DNA of 64,000 bases, from the NCBI GenBank assembly GCA_964433635.1, contig CAYSSG010000005.1:11295-75294 (forward strand), given 5' to 3'. Shown here piece after piece: positions 19,651 through 28,984 of the stretch (position 1 is the first letter of the stretch; every line of letters starts with the position of its first letter). The position numbers and the translations under genes were made by a program. The notes under the pieces are model-generated. The model did not search any database. It was not told the DNA's origin and worked only from the letters and a program-made list of their open reading frames with translations. Source of the stretch: an uncultured Atribacterota bacterium (GTDB lineage: Bacteria > Atribacterota > Phoenicimicrobiia > Phoenicimicrobiales > Stramentimicrobiaceae).

Positions 19651-20585
19651 CCATATTACATTCTAGAGAAAAATTGACCTTGGCAAATGAGCTGATCTAT
19701 GAAATCAAAGTAAAAGATACCATGACCAAAGAGGTCATTTCTTTTAGCCAGAAAGCTACTTTTCGGGAAATACAGATGTCATTAAAGAAAAATAGAATAT
19801 CTGGTGTTCCCATTCTGGATGAAAAGAAGAATATTATTGGCATGATCAGCATCGACAATGTCATTACTGCCCTGGATGAAGGGTATGTGAATGAAGAAGT
19901 GAAGAGCTATATGACCAGGGATGTGATTACGATTCCTCAAAGTGATTCTCTGGTCTCCGCGATTAAAAAGTTTGAGCGGTACAAATACGGTAGGTTGCCG
20001 GTAACCAAAAATGCCCGCAGCAACATGATTGTGGGAATTTTAACCATGGGTGATATATTAAATCGCCTGTTGGAAAGCATCCAATCGATTGCGGAGAAGG
20101 TAGAAGATAAAGAAGCAAAAAATACACTGCTTTCAGACAAAATGGTTAAACAAACACAACAGAAAAACCTGCGTTTTGAGGTTAAAAAATCAGATTTTGA
20201 TAATGCAGGTAGCGTCGCCAGTATGATCCGGAATTATCTGCAAAAATCTGGCATTGATAAGCAAATCCTGAGAAGAGTAGCGATTGTCTGTTATGAGGCT
20301 GAGATGAACATCAGTATCCATTCCCTGGGTGGATATATTTCTATGGAAGTAGGTCAGGAGAATATTGCGATTACTGCTGTTGATTATGGGCCAGGTATTC
20401 CGGATGTAGAAGAGGCAATGAAACCGGGGTTTACCACTGCATCTGAACAGATCAGGGCTCTGGGATTTGGTGCAGGAATGGGCTTGCCTAATATCAAGAA
20501 GTGTTCAGACCATCTTGAGCTGGAGTCTTCTATGGAAACCGGTACCATTTTAAAAGCTGTTATTCGTTTAGGGGGACAAAGATGA
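19647..20585 (+). CDS. CBS-pair domain protein fused to GHKL ATPase (anti-sigma-factor-like Ser kinase)
   Basis: Two CBS motifs (ISGVPILDEKKNIIGMISIDNV; YGRLPVTKNARSNMIVGILTMGDIL). C-terminal HATPase_c (AVDYGPGIPDVEEAMKPGFTT...GFGAGMGL). Confidence 0.75.
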   Translation: MTILHSREKLTLANELIYEIKVKDTMTKEVISFSQKATFREIQMSLKKNRISGVPILDEKKNIIGMISIDNVITALDEGYVNEEVKSYMTRDVITIPQSDSLVSAIKKFERYKYGRLPVTKNARSNMIVGILTMGDILNRLLESIQSIAEKVEDKEAKNTLLSDKMVKQTQQKNLRFEVKKSDFDNAGSVASMIRNYLQKSGIDKQILRRVAIVCYEAEMNISIHSLGGYISMEVGQENIAITAVDYGPGIPDVEEAMKPGFTTASEQIRALGFGAGMGLPNIKKCSDHLELESSMETGTILKAVIRLGGQR

Positions 20586-20926
20586 AACTAAGTCAAATCA
20601 TAAGTCAATGTAATCTACAGAAAATAGTGTTTTGTGCTGATGATGACATCAAAGCAGGTTATTGTGGTGATTTAATGTCAGATGTTATCGCCAATGCTGC
20701 CAGCAGCAGTATCTGGATTACCATTCAGGCTCATAAGAACAGTATTGCAGTTGCCTTGATCAAGGACATACGGGCAATTGTTTTTACAAATAATGTGGAA
20801 GTAAACCAGGAATTGATTGAAAAAGCGAGAGAAGAGAACATTAATCTATTGAGAACTGAGAAGAATTCTTTTCAAATTTCAGGTTTGTTATACAAATTTT
20901 TGGAGGATCATTCTGAAAAAGATTGA
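20582..20926 (+). CDS. DRTGG-domain protein (second copy)
   Basis: 114 aa, similar fold to the 19303 gene. Overlaps the previous stop. Confidence 0.6.
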   Translation: MKLSQIISQCNLQKIVFCADDDIKAGYCGDLMSDVIANAASSSIWITIQAHKNSIAVALIKDIRAIVFTNNVEVNQELIEKAREENINLLRTEKNSFQISGLLYKFLEDHSEKD

Positions 20927-21659
20927 TTTACATATTCACTCTTCTCTTTCTGCCTGCGGGGAAAATATGATGTCCCCGCAAAGTATTCTAAAAAGGGCAG
21001 AGCAAAGTGGATTAAACTTAATTGCTGTCACTGATCATAATGCAGTTGCCCACTCGATCTTGATTAGTATGCTTAAAAAAGCAAGTTCGGTTAATGTTAT
21101 TTTTGGGGTTGAGTTGACTACCAGGGAAGAAATTCATTTATTAGGTTATTTTCCAGATGAATTCAGCATAAGAGAGATGGAGAAAAAGATAGACGACTCT
21201 CTGCCAAAAATAAAGAATAGATCTTCTTTCTTTGGAGACCAGCTCATCTATGACGAAAAAGAAGAAATCATTGAAATAGATGATATGCTAAGACAAAATG
21301 CTTTACAGGTAAGCATGGAGGAGCTGATTAATTTTATACATTCTCTGGGTGGAATCGCAATTCCGGCCCATATTAATAGAGATTATTGCAGTATAAAAAG
21401 CCAGATAGGGTTTTTAGATCCTCAAAGTGATTTTGATGCAGTTGAATTATCAAGATTTGAATGGATCAATAAGAGGTACAAAATAGGGGATCTACTGGAA
21501 GGATTTCCGGTAATGAGCGGTTCAGACAGTCATTTTTTGGAAGATATCGGAACATTTTTTTTGGAAGTGGAAGATGATAATCATATCATAAATTTTGATT
21601 CATTAAAAAATTTTCTAAGGAAGATCAAGATTGAAAAATATAGCGGACCATCTTTTTGA
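20913..21659 (+). CDS. PHP-domain metal-dependent phosphoesterase; probable non-canonical start
   Basis: Reading frame is open from 20853. The conserved PHP N-terminal His motif KIDLHIHSSLSACGE lies upstream of the first canonical start (ATG 20967). A GGAGGA SD at 20902-20907 is followed by CTG 20913 and AAA-AAG-ATT-GAT-TTA-CAT. Downstream: AVTDHNAV and further His/Asp ligands. Confidence 0.6.
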   Translation: MKKIDLHIHSSLSACGENMMSPQSILKRAEQSGLNLIAVTDHNAVAHSILISMLKKASSVNVIFGVELTTREEIHLLGYFPDEFSIREMEKKIDDSLPKIKNRSSFFGDQLIYDEKEEIIEIDDMLRQNALQVSMEELINFIHSLGGIAIPAHINRDYCSIKSQIGFLDPQSDFDAVELSRFEWINKRYKIGDLLEGFPVMSGSDSHFLEDIGTFFLEVEDDNHIINFDSLKNFLRKIKIEKYSGPSF

Positions 21660-22167
21660 TATTATAGAAAATTCGGTGAATGCCGGGGCAGATGAAGTGA
21701 TTGTAAAGATAGCTCACGCTAACAATCATTTTTTTTGCAGCATTTCTGATAATGGAAAAGGAATCAGCGGGCAGGAAGTATTAGATCCCTTTGTAACATC
21801 CAGAAAGACCAGAAGAGTTGGATTAGGTCTTCCTTTATTAAAAAGGGCAGCAGAAGATACCGGGGGATATTTAAATGTAAGGAGAATAGATAAAAACGGA
21901 GGAACTGCTCTTCAATTTAAAATGGACATGTCTCACATTGATGCCAAACCCTTTGGAGATTTGGCCAGGACTTTTTCAGACATCTTCTTTTCCTGGCCGG
22001 AAATTGTTCTAAAATTATTTATTGTAGAAAAAGATACAGAGGACCTTATTTTAGATTTTCAAGAATTACGCAACGAAATCGATGAAGGATTAAAAAATTA
22101 TATCAGCATAAGGAAACATATCAATGAGATTATCAAAAACGAGCTAAAAAAAATCAAGATTGTGTAA
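21631..22167 (+). CDS. GHKL-family ATP-binding protein (HATPase_c)
   Basis: IIENSVNAGADEV...ISDNGKGISG...GLGLPLLKRAAEDTGG. TTG start overlapping the PHP gene end. Confidence 0.65.
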   Translation: MKNIADHLFDIIENSVNAGADEVIVKIAHANNHFFCSISDNGKGISGQEVLDPFVTSRKTRRVGLGLPLLKRAAEDTGGYLNVRRIDKNGGTALQFKMDMSHIDAKPFGDLARTFSDIFFSWPEIVLKLFIVEKDTEDLILDFQELRNEIDEGLKNYISIRKHINEIIKNELKKIKIV

Positions 22168-22227
22168 CTGTATTTTAAAGATAGTAAAAGTATTTTAATA
22201 CAAATAAATGTTTGGATAGGAGGAGTT

Positions 22228-22596
22228 ATGAAAAATTTAGAGGAACTGAAGATGATGCGGGAGAAAGTAAAGAAGGATTTAAAGCTTAGATCAGGGGAAC
22301 ATCGTGTCAAGATCGTAGTAGGAATGGGTAGTTGTGGAATAGCTGCTGGTGCCAGAGAAACAATGAACGAATTTTTGGATTTGATTGAAAAAAATAAAAA
22401 GACTGATATCATTGTTACCGCTTCGGGATGTTTTGGTTTTTGCGCTCAAGAACCTATGATTCATGTGTACGTAGAAGACAATAGACCGGTAACCTATCGC
22501 AATGTTGACGTAGAAGCAGCAAGGCTAATTTTTAACGACCATATTCTCAATAATAGAGTCGTAGAACAATATCTATTTTCAAAGGGGAAAAAATAA
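22228..22596 (+). CDS. Thioredoxin-like [2Fe-2S] ferredoxin (NuoE C-terminal-like small subunit)
   Basis: GMGSCGIAAGA...ASGCFGFCAQEP, the four-Cys pattern of Trx-like 2Fe-2S ferredoxins found in HydABC(D)-type operons. Confidence 0.7.
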   Translation: MKNLEELKMMREKVKKDLKLRSGEHRVKIVVGMGSCGIAAGARETMNEFLDLIEKNKKTDIIVTASGCFGFCAQEPMIHVYVEDNRPVTYRNVDVEAARLIFNDHILNNRVVEQYLFSKGKK

Positions 22597-23093
22597 TGAG
22601 TGAAACAACTGTCATTAAAAATGATGAATTGACTGTTGAAGAGAAATATCAGGAATTAAGAAGCTTCATTAGAGACAATAAAGATAAAAGGGGTTATTTG
22701 ATACCAATCCTGTACGAAGCACAGTCTTTATTTGGTTATCTGCCTTCAGAAGTCCAAAAATTCGTTGCCGAGGAGATGAATATCTCTGTGAGTGAAGTAT
22801 TTGGAGTCGTCACATTTTATTCTTATTTTAAAACCCAGCCTGTAGGTCGGCATACCATTACTATTTGTATGGGAACGGCTTGTTATGTAAGAGGGGCCAA
22901 AAAGATTCTAGAGGCATTACAGGATAAATTGGGTATAAAGATGGGCGAGACAACAGAAGATTTAAGATTTACGTTAGGAGAACAACGTTGTTTTGGATCA
23001 TGTGGTATGGCCCCGGTTATCATGATTGACAAAGAAGTCCATGGGCGGTTAACTCCCAGTAAATTAGATGCAATTTTAGAGAAATACAAATAG
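22596..23093 (+). CDS. NuoE-like [2Fe-2S] subunit (HydC-like)
   Basis: ICMGTACYVRGA...CFGSCGMAPVIMID, NuoE / 24 kDa subunit signature. Confidence 0.85.
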   Translation: MSETTVIKNDELTVEEKYQELRSFIRDNKDKRGYLIPILYEAQSLFGYLPSEVQKFVAEEMNISVSEVFGVVTFYSYFKTQPVGRHTITICMGTACYVRGAKKILEALQDKLGIKMGETTEDLRFTLGEQRCFGSCGMAPVIMIDKEVHGRLTPSKLDAILEKYK

Positions 23094-23112
23094 TCTAAGG
23101 AGTAGATTAATT

Positions 23113-26100
23113 ATGAATAATATAAGAATACAGCTTCTTCTGTGTCATGGTACTTCTTGCATGTCTAATGGTGCAGTAAGAGTAAGGGAAGCACTGGATG
23201 TGGCATTAAAAGAAGCTCACCTGGAAAAAGAAGTCGAAATCATTACTACGGGATGTATGGGAATATGCGAACTGGGACCTATTATGGTCGTTTACCCTGA
23301 TGGCGTTTTTTACCAACAGTTAAAACCGGAAGATGCCCGGGAAATTGTACAGGAACATATTTTAAAGGGTAGAGTTGTGCAACGGCTATTTTACAAAAAG
23401 CCAAGAACAGAAGAATTGGTAGCGATGATAGAGGACATTGATTTCTTCAAATTACAGAGGAAAATTGCTCGCAGAAACTGTGGAATTATAGATGTCAATA
23501 CCATTGATGATTATATCGGTGCAGATGGCTTTATGGCCTTAGGTAAGGTTTTGACAGAAATGACTTCTCAGGAAGTGATTGATGAGATCAAGAAATCAGG
23601 ATTAAGAGGCAGAGGCGGTGCCGGTTTTCCAACCGGATTAAAGTGGGATTTTGCGGCAAAAGCTTCTGGCAAACAAAAATATATTTTATGTAATGCAGAC
23701 GAAGGTGATCCTGGTGCCTTTATGGACCGCAGTATGCTGGAAGGAGATTCCTACAGTGTTTTAGAGGCTATGATGATTGGTGGCTATGCGATTGGTGCCA
23801 ACCAGGGATATATCTATGTGCGGGCTGAATATCCCCTTGCCATAGAAAGGTTGAAGATTGCCATCAAAGAGATGAGGAAACATCAGCTGCTGGGCAAGAA
23901 TATCCTGGGAGCCAGCTTTGACTTTGATGTAGAAATACGAATGGGAGCAGGTGCATTTGTTTGCGGTGAAGAAACGGCTTTAATGCGCTCTATAGAAGGC
24001 AAGAGAGGAGAACCCAGACCAAGACCGCCCTTCCCTGCTAATAAAGGATTATTTGAATCACCTACTGTTTTAAATAACGTGGAAACCCTGGCTAATATAC
24101 CTTATATCATTCTTTACGGAGCTGAGAATTATGCATCTGTGGGTACTGAAAAGAGTAAAGGAACAAAGATCTTTGCTCTTGCCGGAAATATCAACAATAC
24201 CGGCTTAATTGAAGTTCCCATAGGTATTACCTTAGGTGAAATTGTTTATAATATCGGCGGGGGGATCCCGGGAAATAAAAAATTCAAGGCTGTTCAGATC
24301 GGCGGACCATCCGGAGGTTGTATTCCTGCACAGCATCTGAATGCAATCGTTGATTATGAGACATTAAAAGAACTGGGCGCAATTATGGGCTCAGGCGGGC
24401 TGATTGTCATGGATGAAGATACCTGTATGGTTGATATTGCCCGTTATTTCATGGAATTTATTCAGGATGAGTCTTGTGGTAAATGTACTCCTTGTCGTGA
24501 AGGAACCAGGGTCATGCTGGAGATACTGACCAGGATTTGTGAAGGTAAAGGCAAGATGGAAGATCTGGACACCCTGGAAGAATTATCTTATCGAATTAAA
24601 GATACTGCTCTTTGTGGTTTAGGGCAAACTGCCCCGAATCCGGTTTTATCCACATTAAGATACTTTAGACATGAGTATATTGAACATATTAGAGATAAGA
24701 AATGTAGAGCAGGGGTTTGTGCAGAGCTAGTCTATGCACCCTGCACTAATTCCTGTCCGGCTTCAGTCAATGTTCCCGCTTATCTGGCGTACACCAAAGA
24801 AGGTCAATATGAAAAGGCTATGCAGGTACATTTAAGAACAAATCCTTTCCCGGCTGTATGTGGAAGAGTATGCCCTGCTTTCTGCGAAATCAGATGTCGA
24901 AGGAAGGACATTGATGATGCGATCAATATTCGTGCTGTCAAGAGATTTATGGCTGATCAGGTTGATAATTATATTGATTGTTTCCCGGAAAAAAATAGTA
25001 AAAATGGCAAGAAGGTTGCCATTATAGGCGGTGGCCCCTCCGGACTTTCTAATGCCTATTTCCTGACGATGTTAGGCTATGAAACCACAGTATTTGAAGC
25101 GCAACCAAAAGCAGGTGGAATGTTAACCTACGCTATCCCCTCATACCGTTTGCCAAAGGATATTGTGGAAAAAGAGATTCAGGCTTTGGTAGATTACGGA
25201 GTCAGGATACATACAAATACCATAATTGGAGAGGATATCACTTTAGATCAGTTGAGAAAAGAAGGTTATAAGGCATTCTATATTTCTGCTGGCGCTTGGG
25301 ATTGCATTATGCCTGAGATGGATAATTTAGATGATCCCAGAATTTTCAGCGGTTTGGAATTCCTGAATAAGTTCAATAGAAAAGAGAAGCTTGATATTGG
25401 TAAGGAGGTCATCGTTATCGGTGGTGGCAACTCTGCCATTGACGCTGCCAGAACTGCCAAGAGGCTTGGAGCAGAGGTTACAATCGTTTATCGAAGAACA
25501 AGAGAAGAAATGCCTGCCGATGAAGCTGAAATTAATGAAGCTGAAAGAGAAGGTATCAAAATTTCTCTGCTGCAGAATATAAAATCGGTGAAATCACAAA
25601 AAGATTACCTGGAAGTCGAGTTGGTGAATATGAAATTAGGAGATTATGATGCTTCTGGCCGGCGCAGACCTGTTGAAATCAGAGGATCTAATTTTATCAG
25701 GAAAATCGATTGTTTAATCTTATCTATCGGACAGAAACCTGCTATTTCAGATTTATTGAATCATGAAGAGATGACCCTGAATCGCGATCAGACGATTCCG
25801 ACTGAAAAAGGGATAACTAAAATAAAAGACATTTTTGCAGGTGGGGATGTGGCATTAGGTCCTGCTACTGTCGTTGAAGCGATAGGAGAGGCGCAGAATG
25901 CTGCGGAAGCGATTGATTTTTATCTGACTGAAAAGAAGAGAGTTTATCCTTGGAGATTGAAAGATCCCATTAACGTGGATTTTGATCCCGAAGCAGATCC
26001 GGTAGATTATGCACGTTCACAAGTCTGCCTCCTTCCTGTCCAGGAAAGAGGAGTTCATGACGAAGTTGAAAAGACTTGGAATAAAGAGACTGCCTGTCAT

Positions 26101-26142
26101 GAAGGCAGCAGATGCCTGCGTTGTGAATACCGAGAGGACTAA
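23113..26142 (+). CDS. NuoF-like FMN/NAD(H) flavoprotein fused to GltD/NfnB-like FAD/NAD(P)H oxidoreductase (1009 aa)
   Basis: N-terminal Trx-like 2Fe-2S domain (HGTSCMSNGA...GCMGICELGP). NuoF core (GLRGRGGAGFPTGLKW, ESCGKCTPCREGT). Two 4Fe-4S motifs (CTNSCPASV; CGRVCPAFCE). GltD-type dinucleotide folds (VAIIGGGPSGLS...; VIVIGGGNSAIDAARTAKRLGA). Confidence 0.8.
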   Translation: MNNIRIQLLLCHGTSCMSNGAVRVREALDVALKEAHLEKEVEIITTGCMGICELGPIMVVYPDGVFYQQLKPEDAREIVQEHILKGRVVQRLFYKKPRTEELVAMIEDIDFFKLQRKIARRNCGIIDVNTIDDYIGADGFMALGKVLTEMTSQEVIDEIKKSGLRGRGGAGFPTGLKWDFAAKASGKQKYILCNADEGDPGAFMDRSMLEGDSYSVLEAMMIGGYAIGANQGYIYVRAEYPLAIERLKIAIKEMRKHQLLGKNILGASFDFDVEIRMGAGAFVCGEETALMRSIEGKRGEPRPRPPFPANKGLFESPTVLNNVETLANIPYIILYGAENYASVGTEKSKGTKIFALAGNINNTGLIEVPIGITLGEIVYNIGGGIPGNKKFKAVQIGGPSGGCIPAQHLNAIVDYETLKELGAIMGSGGLIVMDEDTCMVDIARYFMEFIQDESCGKCTPCREGTRVMLEILTRICEGKGKMEDLDTLEELSYRIKDTALCGLGQTAPNPVLSTLRYFRHEYIEHIRDKKCRAGVCAELVYAPCTNSCPASVNVPAYLAYTKEGQYEKAMQVHLRTNPFPAVCGRVCPAFCEIRCRRKDIDDAINIRAVKRFMADQVDNYIDCFPEKNSKNGKKVAIIGGGPSGLSNAYFLTMLGYETTVFEAQPKAGGMLTYAIPSYRLPKDIVEKEIQALVDYGVRIHTNTIIGEDITLDQLRKEGYKAFYISAGAWDCIMPEMDNLDDPRIFSGLEFLNKFNRKEKLDIGKEVIVIGGGNSAIDAARTAKRLGAEVTIVYRRTREEMPADEAEINEAEREGIKISLLQNIKSVKSQKDYLEVELVNMKLGDYDASGRRRPVEIRGSNFIRKIDCLILSIGQKPAISDLLNHEEMTLNRDQTIPTEKGITKIKDIFAGGDVALGPATVVEAIGEAQNAAEAIDFYLTEKKRVYPWRLKDPINVDFDPEADPVDYARSQVCLLPVQERGVHDEVEKTWNKETACHEGSRCLRCEYRED

Positions 26143-26173
26143 TATTGAAAGAAAGGATTGAAATAGAATCAAA

Positions 26174-28945
26174 ATGAAAGATACAGTTGTAAAAAAGGAA
26201 AAAACAGCAATGCCAATGGTCCAGGTCATAATAGATGACAAAAAGGTAAGGGTGGAATCTGGCACAACAATCCTGGATGCAGCAACGAAGGCAGGTATAA
26301 AAATTCCCACACTATGCGCTATGCCGGAGATCAATCATTATCCGGGTTCTTGCCGCATGTGTGTCGTAGAAGTGGAAGGAATGCCATGCTTAGCTGCCTC
26401 CTGCGTTTATCCTGTTCAGGAAGGCATGGTAATCCATACGCATAGCGAAAGGGTCGTCAGAGCGCGTAGGGCAGTATTGGAATTGCTTCTCAATTCCCAT
26501 CCCCTTGATTGCATGACCTGTGAGAAGAATGGTGAATGCGACCTGCAGGATTTAGCATACGAATTGGGAATCAAGGAGTCCGGCTTTGGAAGATATGAAA
26601 AAAATCTTCCGATTGATGATAGCAATCCCTTCATCTTGAGAGATTTGAATAAATGTATTCTTTGCCGTAGATGTGTTGAGATATGCAATGAAATACAACA
26701 ATCCAGGGCAATTGGGATTGGCTTCCGAGGAAAAAATACCGAAGTCATTGCCGGATTAGGCAATCAATTAGGGCATGAGACAAAAATTACAATAGGCTCA
26801 GAAGAAAATCCTGATTACTCCAATTGCGTTTCTTGCGGACAATGCGTGGCGGTATGTCCTGTTGGCGCGTTAACTGATAAGGCAGCCGTGGGAAAAGGCA
26901 GAGCCTGGGAATTTGAAAAAGTTCATACGACCTGTAATTACTGTGGATGTGGATGTGGATTTGATTTGAACATTAAAGACGGAAAGGTGATTAAGGTTAC
27001 ATCAAATCCTGACAGCGTAGTGAACGGAATTAACCTCTGCGTTAAAGGACGTTTTGGTAATGACTATATTCACCGAAAAGACAGATTAACAACTCCTTTA
27101 ATCAGAAAAAATGGTAAATTGGAGCCCGCTTCCTGGGATGAGGCACTTCAATTAATCAGTGATAAATTTAAAGATATCAAAGCAGAAAGCGGTAAAGATA
27201 GTTTAGCGGTTCTTTCTTCAGCCAAGTGTACGAATGAAGAAAATTATCTGCTTATGAAATTTGCCAGGGCTGTATTGGGAACCAATAATGTTGACCATTG
27301 TGCCCGGCTTTGCCATTCGGCTACCGTTGCAGGTTTAGCTCAATCCTTTGGTAGTGGAGCCATGACCAATTCTATTAAGGAGATTGCCGACGCTTCGGTT
27401 ATCTATTTGACTGGTTCCAATACGACTGAAAATCATCCTATTATTGCTTTGGAAATAAAAAAAGCAGTCACTAAAAATGGAGCAAAACTAATTGTGGCTG
27501 ATCCTAGAGAAATAGAATTGGCAAAATATGCTGCTTTATGGTTAAGACAGAGACCGGGAACAGATGTAGCCCTGTTTAATGGCCTGATGAATGTCATTAT
27601 TACAGAGGGATTGGAAGATAAGGAATTTATTGAAGAAAGAACTGAAGATTATGAAAAAATGAAAGAAGTAGTTCTCAAGTATACCCCGGAAATCGTAGCA
27701 AAGATTACCGGGGTCCCTGCCGATGATATCAGAGAAGCAGCCAGGATTTATGCTGCAGGTCCCAGTACTTCTTTAATTTATTCGATGGGGATTACACAAC
27801 ACACCAGCGGTACAGATAATGTTCTTTCAACTGCTAATATAGCTATGTTAACCGGTAATGTAGGGAAGGAAAGTTCCGGAGTAAATCCCTTAAGAGGACA
27901 GAGTAATGTTCAGGGAGCTTGTGATATGGGCGCTTTGCCAAATGTGTATTCTGGTTATCAGGCAGTGGCAGATCCTGTGGCTCAGGAGAAGTTTTCTAAA
28001 GCCTGGCAGGCTGAATTATCAGGCAAGGTCGGATTGACAGTCGTTGAAATACTCAATGCTGCTTATGATGGCAAAGTTAGAGGGATATTTGTTATGGCAG
28101 AAAATCCGGCCATGTCAGATCCTGATTTAAACCATGCCCGGGAAGCTTTAAAGAAGACTGATTTTTTAGTCGTATCTGATATGTTTATGACTGAAACAGC
28201 TGAAATGGCGGATGTCGTATTGCCTGGTGTTAGTTTTGCTGAGAAGGATGGAACGATTACCAATACAGAGAGAAGAGTCCAAAGATTCCATAAAGCGATT
28301 GAACCAATAGGAGAGGCAAAACCGGAATGGCAGATCATCTGTGAACTGGCTCAGAAAATGGGATATAAGATGAACTATCATAGTCCTGCTGAAATTATGG
28401 AAGAAATTGCCCAACTAACCCCAATTTATGGAGGGATGTTCTATCCGAGACTGGAAAAAGAAGGTTTGCAATGGCCTTGTCCGGATACAAACCATCCCGG
28501 GACAAAATTCTTGCATAAGGATAAATTCAGCAGAGGAAAAGGAAAGTTCTTCCCGGTTGAATTCAGAGAGGCAGCAGAACTTCCTGATGATGAATATCCT
28601 CTGATTTTTACCACCGGAAGGGTATTGTATCATTTCCATACAGGTACAGTCACACGGAGATCTAAGGGACTGAACGAAGTATATAAAGAAGCATTGGTTG
28701 AAATCAGTCCCCAGGATGCCAGCCAATTAAGCATACAAGATGGTGAAATGGTAGAAGTTGCCTCCCGAAGAGGGAAGATCCAGGCAAAAGCGAAAGTAAC
28801 TGAAAAATCAGATAATGGTGTCGTATTCATGAGTTTCCATTTCCACGAAGCCGCCGCCAATTTATTAACCAATGCTGCACTTGATCCGGTCTCCAAGATA
28901 CCGGAATATAAAGTTTGTGCTGTAAAAGTGAAGAAGATATCTTAA
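26174..28945 (+). CDS. fdhA: Formate dehydrogenase catalytic subunit, Mo/W-bis-PGD, cysteine type, with NuoG-like N-terminal Fe-S domain
   Basis: N-terminal 2Fe-2S ferredoxin plus 4Fe-4S motifs. MopB domain TTCNYCGCGCGFD. Active-site segment HCARLCHSATVAGL aligns with E. coli FdhH CARV-U-HGPSVAG, with Cys in place of SeCys. No in-frame TGA. Confidence 0.85.
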   Translation: MKDTVVKKEKTAMPMVQVIIDDKKVRVESGTTILDAATKAGIKIPTLCAMPEINHYPGSCRMCVVEVEGMPCLAASCVYPVQEGMVIHTHSERVVRARRAVLELLLNSHPLDCMTCEKNGECDLQDLAYELGIKESGFGRYEKNLPIDDSNPFILRDLNKCILCRRCVEICNEIQQSRAIGIGFRGKNTEVIAGLGNQLGHETKITIGSEENPDYSNCVSCGQCVAVCPVGALTDKAAVGKGRAWEFEKVHTTCNYCGCGCGFDLNIKDGKVIKVTSNPDSVVNGINLCVKGRFGNDYIHRKDRLTTPLIRKNGKLEPASWDEALQLISDKFKDIKAESGKDSLAVLSSAKCTNEENYLLMKFARAVLGTNNVDHCARLCHSATVAGLAQSFGSGAMTNSIKEIADASVIYLTGSNTTENHPIIALEIKKAVTKNGAKLIVADPREIELAKYAALWLRQRPGTDVALFNGLMNVIITEGLEDKEFIEERTEDYEKMKEVVLKYTPEIVAKITGVPADDIREAARIYAAGPSTSLIYSMGITQHTSGTDNVLSTANIAMLTGNVGKESSGVNPLRGQSNVQGACDMGALPNVYSGYQAVADPVAQEKFSKAWQAELSGKVGLTVVEILNAAYDGKVRGIFVMAENPAMSDPDLNHAREALKKTDFLVVSDMFMTETAEMADVVLPGVSFAEKDGTITNTERRVQRFHKAIEPIGEAKPEWQIICELAQKMGYKMNYHSPAEIMEEIAQLTPIYGGMFYPRLEKEGLQWPCPDTNHPGTKFLHKDKFSRGKGKFFPVEFREAAELPDDEYPLIFTTGRVLYHFHTGTVTRRSKGLNEVYKEALVEISPQDASQLSIQDGEMVEVASRRGKIQAKAKVTEKSDNGVVFMSFHFHEAAANLLTNAALDPVSKIPEYKVCAVKVKKIS

Positions 28946-28984
28946 GAAAAATTAATTTCTATAATAAAAAAGGAGGAAATTGAA

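Noticed and set aside
26580-26640. Possible selenocysteine (in-frame TGA plus SECIS) in fdhA
   Set aside because: The position aligning with FdhH SeCys140 is a TGC Cys codon (HCARLCH) and the ORF has no internal TGA. Cysteine-type enzyme.
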